64,000 bases of DNA from Tepidimonas sp. (GCF_046292505.1 NZ_JBKBQX010000001.1:190909-254908); one strand, 5' to 3'; counted from the stretch's first letter, positions 1 to 9,528 are shown. Numbers and translations: made by a program. Notes: generated from the letters alone by a model not told the origin.

Positions 1-124
1 AGACTCATGGGCGGATTGTCGCTCGCCTCGGGGCCTTTGCCCTCGACCCGCGTTGCGCGGTACGCAGGGGGCGACAATAACGAGCGACGACGTCACTTCC
101 TTTTGCCGACAGGAGACTTTCGAC

Positions 125-517
125 ATGTTCAGCCATGTGATGGTGGGCACCAACGACATCGACCGAGCCAAGCGCTTCTACGACGCCGTCCTGGGCGTGC
201 TGGGGGCCCCCGAGGGCGTCCGTAACACCGCGGCCAGCGGTCATGAGCGGGTGTTCTACCGCCATGCGGGCAGCACCTTCGGGGTATCGCAGCCGATCAA
301 TGGCGAACCCGCCACCTGCGCCAACGGTGGGACGATCGGCTTCAAATGCGAATCGCCCGAGCAGGTGCAGCGCTTTCACGACGTGGCCGTGGCCCACGGC
401 GGCACCCCCATCGAGGCCCCACCCGGCCCGCGCCACGGACCCAGCGGTACCCTCTACTTGGCGTACGTGCGCGACCCGGACGGCAACAAACTGTGCGCCC
501 TGCACCGGCCCCAGTGA
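125..517 (+). CDS. VOC (glyoxalase/bleomycin-resistance/dioxygenase) family protein
   Basis: ORF 53..517. The internal ATG at 125 (MFSHVMVGTNDIDRAKRFYD...) gives a typical VOC N-terminus, and the tail ...YVRDPDGNKL is typical of the fold. Confidence 0.7.
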   Translation: MFSHVMVGTNDIDRAKRFYDAVLGVLGAPEGVRNTAASGHERVFYRHAGSTFGVSQPINGEPATCANGGTIGFKCESPEQVQRFHDVAVAHGGTPIEAPPGPRHGPSGTLYLAYVRDPDGNKLCALHRPQ

Positions 518-531
518 GTCTGCGCCCACCC

Positions 532-918
532 ATGTCCTCGTCCCCGTCTGTTGCCCCGAAGCGCCGGGGGGTGGCGCGACTCTGGCATGCCGCGGGTCAC
601 TCCCTCGATGGGCTCAAAGCCGGCTGGCACGAGCCGGCCTTCCGGCAGGAAGTGCTCCTGGCCGTGGGCCTGGTGCCGGCCGCTTTCTGGCTGGGCCGGG
701 ACTGGGTTCAGATCGCCCTGCTGGTCGGCTCGGTGATGCTGCTCATGGTGGTGGAGTTGCTCAACACCGCCGTCGAGTCGGTCGTCGATCGCGTGGGCCC
801 GGAATGGCACGCCCTCTCCAAGCGCGCCAAGGACCTGGGCAGCGCCGCCGTGCTGCTGTCCCTGCTGTTTGCCGGCGGAGTCTGGGGCGCGGCGTTGTGG
901 AGCTGGTGGCGCGGCTGA
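532..918 (+). CDS. dgkA: diacylglycerol kinase
   Basis: Tail of ORF 346..918 starting from the ATG at 532. It aligns by eye with E. coli DgkA (AAFRQE..., VELLNTAVESVVDRVG, SKRAKDLGSAAV) and is the expected size of about 128 aa. Confidence 0.9.
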   Translation: MSSSPSVAPKRRGVARLWHAAGHSLDGLKAGWHEPAFRQEVLLAVGLVPAAFWLGRDWVQIALLVGSVMLLMVVELLNTAVESVVDRVGPEWHALSKRAKDLGSAAVLLSLLFAGGVWGAALWSWWRG

Positions 919-925
919 CGGCCCT

Positions 926-2623
926 TCAGCCCGCGCGGCGGCACGCCGCCAGCAGATCGCGCTCGGCGTCCACCACCGTGCTGCGCACGCCGAACAGCCC
1001 GGCGACAGTGTGGAACACATGGTCGTGCGAGGCGGGCTCCTGCGCGCGCCGCTGCAGGCAGGCCCAATCCAGCCCCAGGCGCTGCTGCATGCCGCCGTTG
1101 GCCCACAGCAGCATCGGCACCTCCTTTTGCTCGCGCGGGGCCACGGCGTAGGGCATGCCGTGCAGGTACAGCCCACCTTCGCCCAGGGACTCCCCGTGGT
1201 CGGAGACATACAGCAGCGCCGTGGGCCCGCGCCGCCGCACCAGCCAGCCGATCAACTCGGCCAGCACATGGTCGGTGTAGCGCAGCGTGTTGTCGTAGGC
1301 GTTGACGATGTGCGCCGGCTCGCACGCCTGCAGCTGCGCCGTCGTGCACTCCGGCTGGAATGGCTTGAACGCCGCCGGCGTGCGCTTGAAATAGGCCGGC
1401 CCGTGGCTGCCCATCTGGTGCAGCACCGCGAGCGTGCCGACCCGGCGCGCCGCCTCGGGCAGGGCCTGCAGCGCCCCGGGCAACTCGCGCAGCAGGATTT
1501 CGTCATGGCATTCGTCGCCACGGCACAGCCCGGGCTCCTGCAGACGGTCGGTCTGGCGCGACGGCACGCGCGCGCACACGCCCTTGCAGCCGGACTGGTT
1601 GTCCAGCCACGTCACTGCCAACCCCGCACGCTGCAGCAGATCGAGCAGGTTTTCCTGCGCGCGCGAGGGGTTCCAGCGCTCCCGACCTTCCGGCGCGAAC
1701 AGGCACGGCACCGAGGTCTGCGTGTTGGTGCCGCACGAGGTGACGGCGGCAAACGACACGATCGGCTGCCCCTGCTGGATCAGCGCGCGCAGGCGAGGCG
1801 TGGTGTCGCGCGCGTAGCCGTTCAAGCCCCAGTTGGCCGCGCGCGCCGTCTCGCCCACCACCAGCACCACCAGCGGCGCCTCGTCCTCGCGAGCCGCTGC
1901 GGGCAGCGGCGGCACGTCCAGGCCGATGGGCTGCAGCGGCTCGGACGCGAGCGCCCGCTGGCCCACGCCGTGGCGCAGCGCGGCGTAGACGCTGTTGTAG
2001 GGATTGATGAGGTAGCGCAGCGCGCGATCGTTGCGCATCAACGCCGCCAGATCCTGGAAGGTCAGCCACAGCAGGGCGACGGCCAGCGCCAGCGCCAGCG
2101 CCCCGACACCGGTACGAACCCCCAGCGCGCGCCGCGCGGGCCAGTGCCGCACGGGCAGGCGCCACCACAACCAACCCGGCAGCGCCACGCCCAGCACCAA
2201 CCCGACGAGCAGGCCCGGGGTCAGCAGGTCACGCGCCTCGCGCAGGTCGGTCTGGAACACGTTGGCCGCCATCGACGCATCGACGACGATGCCGTAGGCC
2301 AGCATGAAGTAGCTCGACCCACCGGCCAGCGCCAGCAGCGCCACCCCCAGCGGCCGGCGCAGCGGTCCGGCCGCCAGCCACGCGAGCACCGCCAGGTTGA
2401 CCAGCGTCAGCGCCAGCACCCATGCGAGCGCCACGGCCCACCCGCGCCAGCCCAACGGCCCCTGCGCCTGCCACACCGCCGACCACAGTGGCACGTTACC
2501 GACCGTGGCCAACCACGCCGCCAGCAGAGTCAGCGCGGCCAGCGGGTGCCAGCCGTCCTGGGCGATCTCGGGGGCGTGGTTATTCGTACCTCGGTTTCTT
2601 GGAATCCTCATGGTCGGCATCAT
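926..2623 (-). CDS. eptA: lipid A phosphoethanolamine transferase (EptA/PmrC/MCR family)
   Basis: 565-aa ORF with an N-terminal multi-TM region and a sulfatase-type domain. The nucleophile motif SCGTNTQTSVPCLF (compare MCR-1 SCGTSTAYSVPCMF) and YVSDHGESLGEGGLYLHG are present. Confidence 0.9.
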   Translation of the reverse strand: MMPTMRIPRNRGTNNHAPEIAQDGWHPLAALTLLAAWLATVGNVPLWSAVWQAQGPLGWRGWAVALAWVLALTLVNLAVLAWLAAGPLRRPLGVALLALAGGSSYFMLAYGIVVDASMAANVFQTDLREARDLLTPGLLVGLVLGVALPGWLWWRLPVRHWPARRALGVRTGVGALALALAVALLWLTFQDLAALMRNDRALRYLINPYNSVYAALRHGVGQRALASEPLQPIGLDVPPLPAAAREDEAPLVVLVVGETARAANWGLNGYARDTTPRLRALIQQGQPIVSFAAVTSCGTNTQTSVPCLFAPEGRERWNPSRAQENLLDLLQRAGLAVTWLDNQSGCKGVCARVPSRQTDRLQEPGLCRGDECHDEILLRELPGALQALPEAARRVGTLAVLHQMGSHGPAYFKRTPAAFKPFQPECTTAQLQACEPAHIVNAYDNTLRYTDHVLAELIGWLVRRRGPTALLYVSDHGESLGEGGLYLHGMPYAVAPREQKEVPMLLWANGGMQQRLGLDWACLQRRAQEPASHDHVFHTVAGLFGVRSTVVDAERDLLAACRRAG

Positions 2624-2646
2624 GCTTCCGACACCTTAGCCCCACC

Positions 2647-3978
2647 TTAACCTGATCCGGACGGCGCCCCCCAGACCAGCGCAAAGCCCGTAGCCCACGG
2701 CGGTGAGGGATTGGGGAGGAACTCGAAGCGCGCCCCCTCATGCTGGGCGATGCGCTGCACCAGCGTCAGGCCCAGACCCAGGCCACCGCGATCGGCGGGT
2801 GCTTGCGCGCGCGCACCGCCCTCGTCCAGCACCTCGAGCACGACAGCACCGTCGGCGCGCGGCCCCACGCGCACGGCCACCCGCGTCTGCGCATGGGTAT
2901 GGCGCAAGGCATTGTCCACCAAGTTGCGCAGCGCCAGCCGCAACAGCGTCGGCCGCGCGTGGACCACACACGACCGCCCTTGCACTTCGGGCGCGCTGCG
3001 CTCGCCACCGGCGGACGCGACGCAGTCGTCCACCACGTCATGCACCAGCGTCAACAGATCCACCGGCTGGGCGGTCTCGCCACCGGGGGCGTCGGCACGG
3101 GCCAACGCCAGCAATTGCGTCAGGATCTCGCCGGCGCGCAGCGCCTCGCGCTCCACCGTCTGGAGCGCTGCATCGCCTTCCGGAGTGCCCGTCTGCAGCC
3201 GCGCCAACCGCGCTTGCCACACCAGCGCCGTCAGCGGCGAACGCAGCTCGTGCGCCACGTCGGAGGTAAAGCACCGCTCGCGCTGCCACAGCGCGTGCAG
3301 CCGCTCGACCAGCGCCCGCAGCGCCCGCTGCAAGCGCTGCAATTCGTCGTAGCGCTGCGCCGGTGGCAAGCCACGCGCGGTATCGGGATCGAAGTGCTGC
3401 AGCGCCTCGGCCAGCGCCGACAGGGGCGCCAAGCCGCGCCGGATCGCCCACCCCAACAGCAGCGCGACCAGCGGCAGCAACACCACCGCTGGCCGCACCA
3501 GGTGCTCGGCCACGTCGCGCCCCAGCTCCGCATGGCGGCTGACATCCAGCCCGACAGCCACTCGGCGTGCGCCATGCTCGGCGACGAACCAGCGCCACGT
3601 GCGCACCTCGCCCGCCAGCGGCAGCACCAGCGTGTGATAGCCCTCCGGCAACGACGGCGGCAAGCGCGCTGCCCAGGCTTCCGGATCCCAGCGCAGCGCC
3701 CCGCTCTCCCAAACCACCACATGCAGCTCGGGGGCATAGCGCGGCTCTGCGCGCACCGGCAGCGCCGCCGCGTCGACCGCAGGGGCCGGGCCTTGCACCG
3801 GAGCGGTCAACAGCAAACGCGCGGCGGCCTTCAGTTGCCCATCGCTGATTTCCCGCGCCTCGTGCACTGCGGTTTGGTAGGCACTGGCCACGAGCACCAG
3901 CCACACCCCCAGCAGCGTGGCCAAGGTCCATGCCAGCAGCCGCCATGCCAGCCGAGGGGCGCGTTCAGCCGCGGCCAT
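2647..3978 (-). CDS. two-component sensor histidine kinase (PmrB/QseC-like)
   Basis: 443 aa with two TM segments flanking a periplasmic loop that begins HEAREISD (an ExxE-type motif). H-box FTSDVAHELRSPLTAL, plus N and G boxes (NLVDNALRHT, GGLGLGL). Overlaps the response-regulator stop by 14 nt. Confidence 0.9.
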   Translation of the reverse strand: MAAAERAPRLAWRLLAWTLATLLGVWLVLVASAYQTAVHEAREISDGQLKAAARLLLTAPVQGPAPAVDAAALPVRAEPRYAPELHVVVWESGALRWDPEAWAARLPPSLPEGYHTLVLPLAGEVRTWRWFVAEHGARRVAVGLDVSRHAELGRDVAEHLVRPAVVLLPLVALLLGWAIRRGLAPLSALAEALQHFDPDTARGLPPAQRYDELQRLQRALRALVERLHALWQRERCFTSDVAHELRSPLTALVWQARLARLQTGTPEGDAALQTVEREALRAGEILTQLLALARADAPGGETAQPVDLLTLVHDVVDDCVASAGGERSAPEVQGRSCVVHARPTLLRLALRNLVDNALRHTHAQTRVAVRVGPRADGAVVLEVLDEGGARAQAPADRGGLGLGLTLVQRIAQHEGARFEFLPNPSPPWATGFALVWGAPSGSG

Positions 3979-4657
3979 CGGCGCCCTCCGGCCGTGGGGG
4001 GATGGTGTAGCCGACCCCGCGCACGGTCTGGATCAGGTCCTCGCCGAGCTTGCGCCGCAGGTGGTGCACATGCACCTCCAGCGCGTTGCTCTCCACCGTG
4101 TCGTCGAAACCGTACAACATCTGCTCGAGCTGGGCGCGCGTCAGCACGCGGCCGCGGGCGCGCAGCAACGCCCAAAGCAATGCAAACTCTTTGGCACGCA
4201 GCGCCACCGGCTGGCCGTCGCGCCACACCGCGCGCGCGGCCGGGTCGACCTGCAGCGCGCCATGGCGCAGCACCGCCTCGGCCTGACCGGCGCTGCGGCG
4301 CAGCGCCACGCGCATGCGTGCCAGCAGCTCCTCCGGTGCAAACGGTTTGACCAGGTAGTCATCAGCCCCGCTGTCCAGCCCCGCCACCCGGTCGGCCAAT
4401 GCGTCGCGGGCGGTCAGCACCAGCACCGGCGCATGCAGCCCGGCCGCACGCCGCGCGCGCAGCCAATCGATGCCATCACCATCCGGCAGTCCGCGGTCCA
4501 GCAGCACCAGGTCGAACGGCTCGACCTGCAGCGCCCGCGTCGCGCAGGCCAACGTCGTGCAAACATCGCACCCATGCCCCTGCGCGCGCAGCAGCGCGGC
4601 CACGCCGTTCGCGATGGCGGTGTCGTCTTCGACGATCAGGATGCGCAATCCTTCCAT
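3965..4657 (-). CDS. OmpR/PhoB-family response regulator (PmrA/QseB-like)
   Basis: Receiver domain (LRILIVEDD..., LVLLDRGLPDGDG) plus a winged helix (LEVHVHHLRRKLG...IQTVRGVGY). I use the ATG at 4657; the TTG at 4675 is an alternative start. Confidence 0.9.
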   Translation of the reverse strand: MEGLRILIVEDDTAIANGVAALLRAQGHGCDVCTTLACATRALQVEPFDLVLLDRGLPDGDGIDWLRARRAAGLHAPVLVLTARDALADRVAGLDSGADDYLVKPFAPEELLARMRVALRRSAGQAEAVLRHGALQVDPAARAVWRDGQPVALRAKEFALLWALLRARGRVLTRAQLEQMLYGFDDTVESNALEVHVHHLRRKLGEDLIQTVRGVGYTIPPRPEGADGRG

Positions 4658-4712
4658 CTCCTGCCCGCGCTGCAATCCGGGCGTTCCATCCGATCCGAGG
4701 GTTTCGCGCGGG

Positions 4713-4729
4713 GTTAAGGCTTCGTTAAG
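4713..4729 (+). promoter_or_regulatory. candidate PmrA-type operator (GTTAAG-N5-GTTAAG direct repeat)
   Basis: GTTAAGgcttcGTTAAG lies in the divergent region between the response-regulator gene and the PAP2 gene. It matches the enterobacterial PmrA box pattern YTTAAK-N5-YTTAAK. A TTTAAT half-site follows at 4741. Confidence 0.45.
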
Positions 4730-4861
4730 CCCCGCGGGCGTTTAATCCATTCAACCGGCCGGTCGGGCTGGCGCCGTCCTTGGCGACACACCCGGGCCCG
4801 CCGACACGGCATTTTCACGCAGCGCCGGCAATCTGTCGGCCTCTCGATTGCATTGATCGCT

Positions 4862-5704
4862 ATGCGCACCCCGCCGACGCCCTCTCATTCCGTCTCGATG
4901 CTTCGCAGTATCTGGTTCTGGGGCCTGCCGGCGCTGTGGCTGCTCGTCATCGCGGGTTTGGTGTTCATTTCGCCCATCGATGCGCTGGTCGGCGTGCAGC
5001 GGCTGACGCGGACCACCCCCGATCTGCTGTGGTGGTGGTTGACCTGGCTGGGCGACACGCATTTCGCCCTGGCTATGTTTCTGGCGGCTGCGATCGCGAC
5101 CGGGCACCGCCGAGCGTCACCCGCATTGCTCTGGAGCATCGCGCCCGCCACACTGACCCTGCACGGCATCAAGGCACTGGCGGCGGCTCCCCGACCCGCC
5201 GCCGTCTTGCCACCCGACGCATTTCACCTCATCGGTGACGTGCTCAGGCAGGGCAGCTTTCCGTCGGGGCATACGGTCACGGCCTTTACACTCGCTGCCT
5301 GCTGGGTGCTGACGACGCCACCCCCGCAGCGTCGCTTGGCTGCCGCGGCGGCGCTGCCGTTGGCATTCGCCATCGGTCTGTCGCGAGTCGCGGTCGGGGC
5401 GCATTGGCCTCTGGACGTCGCGGTCGGGGCACTGCTGGGTTGGCTTTGCGCCGCCGCCGCCGTCGTGGCCGCCAGGCGCTGGGGGCCGCGCCCAGGGGAT
5501 GTGCTGCACCATTGGGAAATCGCCGCAGCTGGCGTGCTCGGTCTCGGACTGTGGGGGCGCGCCTTGCCCGCCAGCGTCGAGCCGCTGGCCCACGCCCTAG
5601 GCGGCTTGGTCGTCGGGGTGGCGCTGGTCGCGGCGGCGCTGCAGATCTGGCTGCTCCGCTCCTCGGCGGTGATGCCGCTGTGGCGACGGAGAGAAACGGA
5701 GTGA
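4862..5704 (+). CDS. PAP2-superfamily phosphatase (candidate lipid A or undecaprenyl-PP phosphatase)
   Basis: All three acid-phosphatase motifs are present: K-x6-RP (KALAAAPRP), PSGH (FPSGHTV) and SR-x5-H-x3-D (SRVAVGAHWPLD). Multi-TM protein. The start is uncertain (TTG 4853, ATG 4862 or ATG 4898). Confidence 0.85.
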   Translation: MRTPPTPSHSVSMLRSIWFWGLPALWLLVIAGLVFISPIDALVGVQRLTRTTPDLLWWWLTWLGDTHFALAMFLAAAIATGHRRASPALLWSIAPATLTLHGIKALAAAPRPAAVLPPDAFHLIGDVLRQGSFPSGHTVTAFTLAACWVLTTPPPQRRLAAAAALPLAFAIGLSRVAVGAHWPLDVAVGALLGWLCAAAAVVAARRWGPRPGDVLHHWEIAAAGVLGLGLWGRALPASVEPLAHALGGLVVGVALVAAALQIWLLRSSAVMPLWRRRETE

Positions 5705-7215
5705 TCGCGGCAATGCGCTGGTTGCTTTGGCTGGTGCCCTTGGCGGCATGGCTCACCGGGCTGGGCACCCCGCCGTTGTTCGACGTCGACGAAGGGGCGT
5801 TTTCCGAAGCGACGCGGGAGATGCTGCTCAACGGCGATTGGCTGTCGACCTGGCTCAACGGCGTGCCGCGGTACGACAAGCCGATCCTGATTTACTGGCT
5901 GCAGGCGCTGTCGGTTGCTGTGCTGGGCTTGCACGAATGGGCTCTGCGCCTGCCGTCTGCCCTGGCGGCGATCGGATGGGGCTGGGCGGTCTGGCGCTTC
6001 GTGCGCGAGCGCGCCGACGCGGCGGCGGCAGAGCGCGCCCTGTGGATCGTCGCGACGGCCCTCGGACCCTGGATCATGGCACGGGCCGCCACGGCCGATG
6101 CCTTGCTCAACCTGTGGCTGACGCTGGCCTGTCTGGATCTGTGGCGCTATCTGGAGCGACGGCAACGGCGCGATTTGCTGCGGGTGTATCTCTGGGTGGG
6201 GCTGGGGCTGCTGACCAAGGGGCCAGTGGCCGTGCTGATCCCGGCTGCGGCGGGCACCTTGTACACCCTACTGACGCGCGACGGGTCCACCTGGCGGCGC
6301 GTCGCTTTCGACGTGCAGGGCTGGCTGATCCTTCTGGCCGTGGCAGCCCCGTGGTATGTCGCCATGCTGCTGACCCACGGACAGGCATTCGTGGACGGCT
6401 TCATCCTGCGCCACAACGTGCAGCGTTTCACCGGCACGCTGGAGGGACACAGCGGGGGCTGGCTGTACTACCTGATCGCCCTGCCGTTGCTGCTGCTGCC
6501 GTGGAGCGCGGCCCTTCCCGCGGTGCTGCGGCAGATCAAACCCGATGTCCAGACGCCGCTGACGCGCTATCTGTGGCTGTGGTGTGGATTCGTGCTGGTG
6601 TTCTTCAGCCTGTCCGGAACCAAGCTGCCGCACTATGTGCTGTACGGCTCCACCCCGTTGATGATTCTGCTGGCGCTGCGCCTGCCCGCGCTGCGTGGTG
6701 CCTGGTTGATCGTGCCCGTGGCCCTGCTGGCGTTGTGGCCCCACCTGCCCGCCCTGCTGCACGAGGCCGGGCTGCGCACCGACAACCCCTTTTACCGCGC
6801 GCAACTCGCTCTGGCCCGGGATCTGGCACCCGCCTTCTATCCGCCCGTGGCCTGGGCGGCTTTGATCGCGGGCATTGCCGTGGCGATCCAACGGCGCTGG
6901 CCCGTCTGGCGGCGGCTGCAGGCACTGGCGGCCATGCAGGCCCTGCTGCTCGGCGCCCTCGTGGCGCCGTGGTTTGGCGATGTGCTGCAGGGCGCCGTGC
7001 GCCACGCGGGCCGCCTCGCGCACCAGGCCCAGGCGTCGGCGGTGCTGTGGCGCTTCGATGCCCCCAGCTTCAGCGTCTATGCCCAGGCGATCACGCCGAA
7101 GCGCCTGCCCGAGCCGGGGGAGTGGGCCCTTACCCGGCTCGACCGCCTGCCGGATGTGCCCCACACCGTACTCTACCAACGCGGCGGCGTAGTGCTGCTG
7201 CGGCGCGATCCTTGA
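5701..7215 (+). CDS. ArnT/PMT-like membrane glycosyltransferase (GT39/GT83 type)
   Basis: Polytopic protein with N-terminal FDVDEGAFSEATREML...GVPRYDKPILIYWLQA, resembling the ArnT-family signature. The GTG at 5701 overlaps the PAP2 stop (GTGA); the ATG at 5713 is an alternative. Confidence 0.85.
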   Translation: MIAAMRWLLWLVPLAAWLTGLGTPPLFDVDEGAFSEATREMLLNGDWLSTWLNGVPRYDKPILIYWLQALSVAVLGLHEWALRLPSALAAIGWGWAVWRFVRERADAAAAERALWIVATALGPWIMARAATADALLNLWLTLACLDLWRYLERRQRRDLLRVYLWVGLGLLTKGPVAVLIPAAAGTLYTLLTRDGSTWRRVAFDVQGWLILLAVAAPWYVAMLLTHGQAFVDGFILRHNVQRFTGTLEGHSGGWLYYLIALPLLLLPWSAALPAVLRQIKPDVQTPLTRYLWLWCGFVLVFFSLSGTKLPHYVLYGSTPLMILLALRLPALRGAWLIVPVALLALWPHLPALLHEAGLRTDNPFYRAQLALARDLAPAFYPPVAWAALIAGIAVAIQRRWPVWRRLQALAAMQALLLGALVAPWFGDVLQGAVRHAGRLAHQAQASAVLWRFDAPSFSVYAQAITPKRLPEPGEWALTRLDRLPDVPHTVLYQRGGVVLLRRDP

Positions 7216-7244
7216 AGGCCTGACTCACGGATGGGGCCGGTTAC

Positions 7245-9230
7245 TCAGACGTCCACCTCCACCGCATCACCCCACTGCTCCATCAGCTCGCGGCGGGCGG
7301 CGGCCTCGGCCTTGCCCATCAAGCGATTCAGGCGCGCCGCGGTCGCGGCGGCGTCCAGCCCCCCCAAGGTTACGGGCTGCAGGCGGCGCGTGTCGGGGTT
7401 GAGCGTCGTGTCCCACAACTGTTCGGCACTCATTTCCCCCAGGCCTTTGAAGCGGCTGATCTGGCATTTCTCGCGCGGCACGCCCTCCTTGGCGCATTTG
7501 TCCAGAATCGCCGCCAGTTCCCCCTCGTCGAGCGCATAGTGCTTGCTGGCGGGCTTTTTGCCACGCGCCGGCACATCCACCCGGTACAGCGGGGGCCGCG
7601 CGACATAGACGTGCCCCGCCTCGATCAGGCGCGGAAAGTGCCGGAAAAACAGGGTCAACAGCAACACCTGGATGTGCGAGCCGTCCACGTCCGCGTCGCT
7701 CAGGATGCAGATCTTGCCGTAGCGCAGGCCGCTCAGATCCTCCGCGTCGTCGGGACCGTGGGGATCGACCCCGATGGCCACCGCGATGTCGTGGATCTCG
7801 GCATTCGCAAACAACCGGTCGCGCTCCACCTCCCAGGTGTTGAGCAGCTTGCCGCGCAGCGGCAGCACGGCCTGCGACGCCTTGTCGCGCCCCATCTTGG
7901 CGCTGCCCCCGGCGCTGTCGCCTTCCACCAAAAACAGCTCGTTGCGCGACAGGTCGCGGCTTTCGCAGTCGGTCAGCTTGCCAGGCAGCACCGCCACGCC
8001 GGAGCCTTTGCGCTTTTCCACCTTCTGCGCGGCCTTCTGGCGGCTTTGCGCGGCGCGAATGACCAGCTCCGCCAACCGCTTGCCGTGCTCGACGTGCTGG
8101 TGCAACCACAGCTCCAGCGCGGGGCGCACATAGGCCGCCACCAACCGCAGCGCATCGCGGGAGTTGAGCCGCTCCTTGATCTGGCCCTGAAATTGCGGGT
8201 CCAGTACCCGCGCACTCAACACATAGCTGGCGCGGGCGAACACATCCTCGGGCAAGAGCTTCACGCCCTTGGGACACAACGCGTGCAGCTCGATGAAGCC
8301 GCGCACAGCCTGGAACAGCCCCTCGCGCAGGCCGCTGTCGTGCGTGCCCCCGGCGGGGGTGGGGATCAGGTTGACATAGCTCTCGCGCACCAGGGGGCCC
8401 TCCTCGGTGAAGGCCACCGCCCAGGCCGCGCCTTCGCCCTCGGCAAAGCTCTCGTGCCCTGCCTCGGCATACCCCTCGCCCTCGAACAGCGGGATCAGCG
8501 GCTCGGCCGCCAGCGTCTGCTGCAGATAATCGCTCAAGCCCCCCTTGTACTGCCAAGTCTGGGTCTCGCGCGTGCGCTCGTTGACCAGCGTCACGGTGAC
8601 CCCCGGCATCAGCACCGCCTTGCTGCGCAGCAAATGCGTCAGCTCCCCCAGTGGCAGGGTGACCTGATCGAAGTAGCGCGCATCGGGCCACACGCGCACC
8701 GTGGTCCCTTGGCGGCGCTCGCCCGCCTCGAGCGGCCGGCGCACCAGGGGCTCCGCCACGTCACCGCCAGCAAACACCAGGCGCGCCACATGCCCCTCGC
8801 GGTGGCTCGTCACCTCCAACCGGCTGGCCAGCGCATTGGTCACGCTCACCCCCACGCCGTGCAACCCACCGGAAAAGCTGTATGCCCCGCCTTGTCCCTT
8901 GTCGAACTTGCCACCCGCGTGCAGCCGGGTAAAGACCAGCTCCAAGACCGGCGCGCCCTCCTCGGGGTGCAGGCCGTGAGGGATGCCGCGCCCATCGTCC
9001 TCCACGCTGACGGAGCCATCCGCATGCAGCGTCACGCGGATGCGTCGGCCAAAACCCGCCAGCGCCTCGTCGGCGGCGTTGTCGATCACCTCCTGCACGA
9101 TGTGCAGCGGATTGTCGGTGCGGGTGTACATGCCCGGACGCTGCTTGACGGGCTCCAGCCCTTTGAGCACCCGAATCGAACTCTCGGCGTAGCCGGGCGC
9201 AGCGCCCGGCACAGTGGTGGAGGCGGACAT
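7245..9230 (-). CDS. parE: DNA topoisomerase IV subunit B
   Basis: GHKL ATPase plus Toprim motifs (LKGLEPVKQRPGMYT, VIDNAADEA, EDDGRGIP, LFLVEGDSAGGSAK, ILSDADVDGSHI). About 661 aa from the ATG at 9230 and lacking the long GyrB insertion, so ParE rather than GyrB. Confidence 0.9.
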   Translation of the reverse strand: MSASTTVPGAAPGYAESSIRVLKGLEPVKQRPGMYTRTDNPLHIVQEVIDNAADEALAGFGRRIRVTLHADGSVSVEDDGRGIPHGLHPEEGAPVLELVFTRLHAGGKFDKGQGGAYSFSGGLHGVGVSVTNALASRLEVTSHREGHVARLVFAGGDVAEPLVRRPLEAGERRQGTTVRVWPDARYFDQVTLPLGELTHLLRSKAVLMPGVTVTLVNERTRETQTWQYKGGLSDYLQQTLAAEPLIPLFEGEGYAEAGHESFAEGEGAAWAVAFTEEGPLVRESYVNLIPTPAGGTHDSGLREGLFQAVRGFIELHALCPKGVKLLPEDVFARASYVLSARVLDPQFQGQIKERLNSRDALRLVAAYVRPALELWLHQHVEHGKRLAELVIRAAQSRQKAAQKVEKRKGSGVAVLPGKLTDCESRDLSRNELFLVEGDSAGGSAKMGRDKASQAVLPLRGKLLNTWEVERDRLFANAEIHDIAVAIGVDPHGPDDAEDLSGLRYGKICILSDADVDGSHIQVLLLTLFFRHFPRLIEAGHVYVARPPLYRVDVPARGKKPASKHYALDEGELAAILDKCAKEGVPREKCQISRFKGLGEMSAEQLWDTTLNPDTRRLQPVTLGGLDAAATAARLNRLMGKAEAAARRELMEQWGDAVEVDV

Positions 9231-9528
9231 GGCGGCGGATTGTACGGACCCGTACGGACCCGCTCGCGCGGGCGACCGCCCATTGCGGTGCGGCCCGATC
9301 ATGGCCCCGCCGGGGGGGCTTGACAGCCCGGGGCGGTCTGTGTTTTGCACACCCCTCGCCCCCGGGATGCCCCCTTCAGCCGCGCCACCCGCACCGCCTT
9401 GGTTGCACCGCAGCGCACTCGGAAATACATGCAAGATATTGTTTTATATAATATTTTTTGCGTGATTAAAAAATGGGCAATCTGTTCAAGCCCTTGTCGG
9501 ATGAGGCTTTGCCCCGCATGACCACGTC

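Noticed and set aside
926-2623. Mobile colistin-resistance (mcr) gene.
   Set aside because: Although the protein is EptA/MCR-family and dgkA is adjacent, there are no flanking IS or plasmid genes. It is co-transcribed with a cognate two-component system in a housekeeping context. It is best read as an intrinsic chromosomal eptA.
5404-5700. The 603-aa version of the glycosyltransferase ORF starting at 5404.
   Set aside because: The first about 100 codons overlap the PAP2 gene in another frame and translate to an Arg/Gly-rich string. The hydrophobic glycosyltransferase sequence begins at the GTG at 5701 or the ATG at 5713.
9242-9261. Tandem decamer GTACGGACCC x2 in the parE 5' leader, containing the palindrome CCGTACGG.
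   Set aside because: Only two copies. A short duplication or small hairpin is the simplest explanation, and there is no evidence of function.
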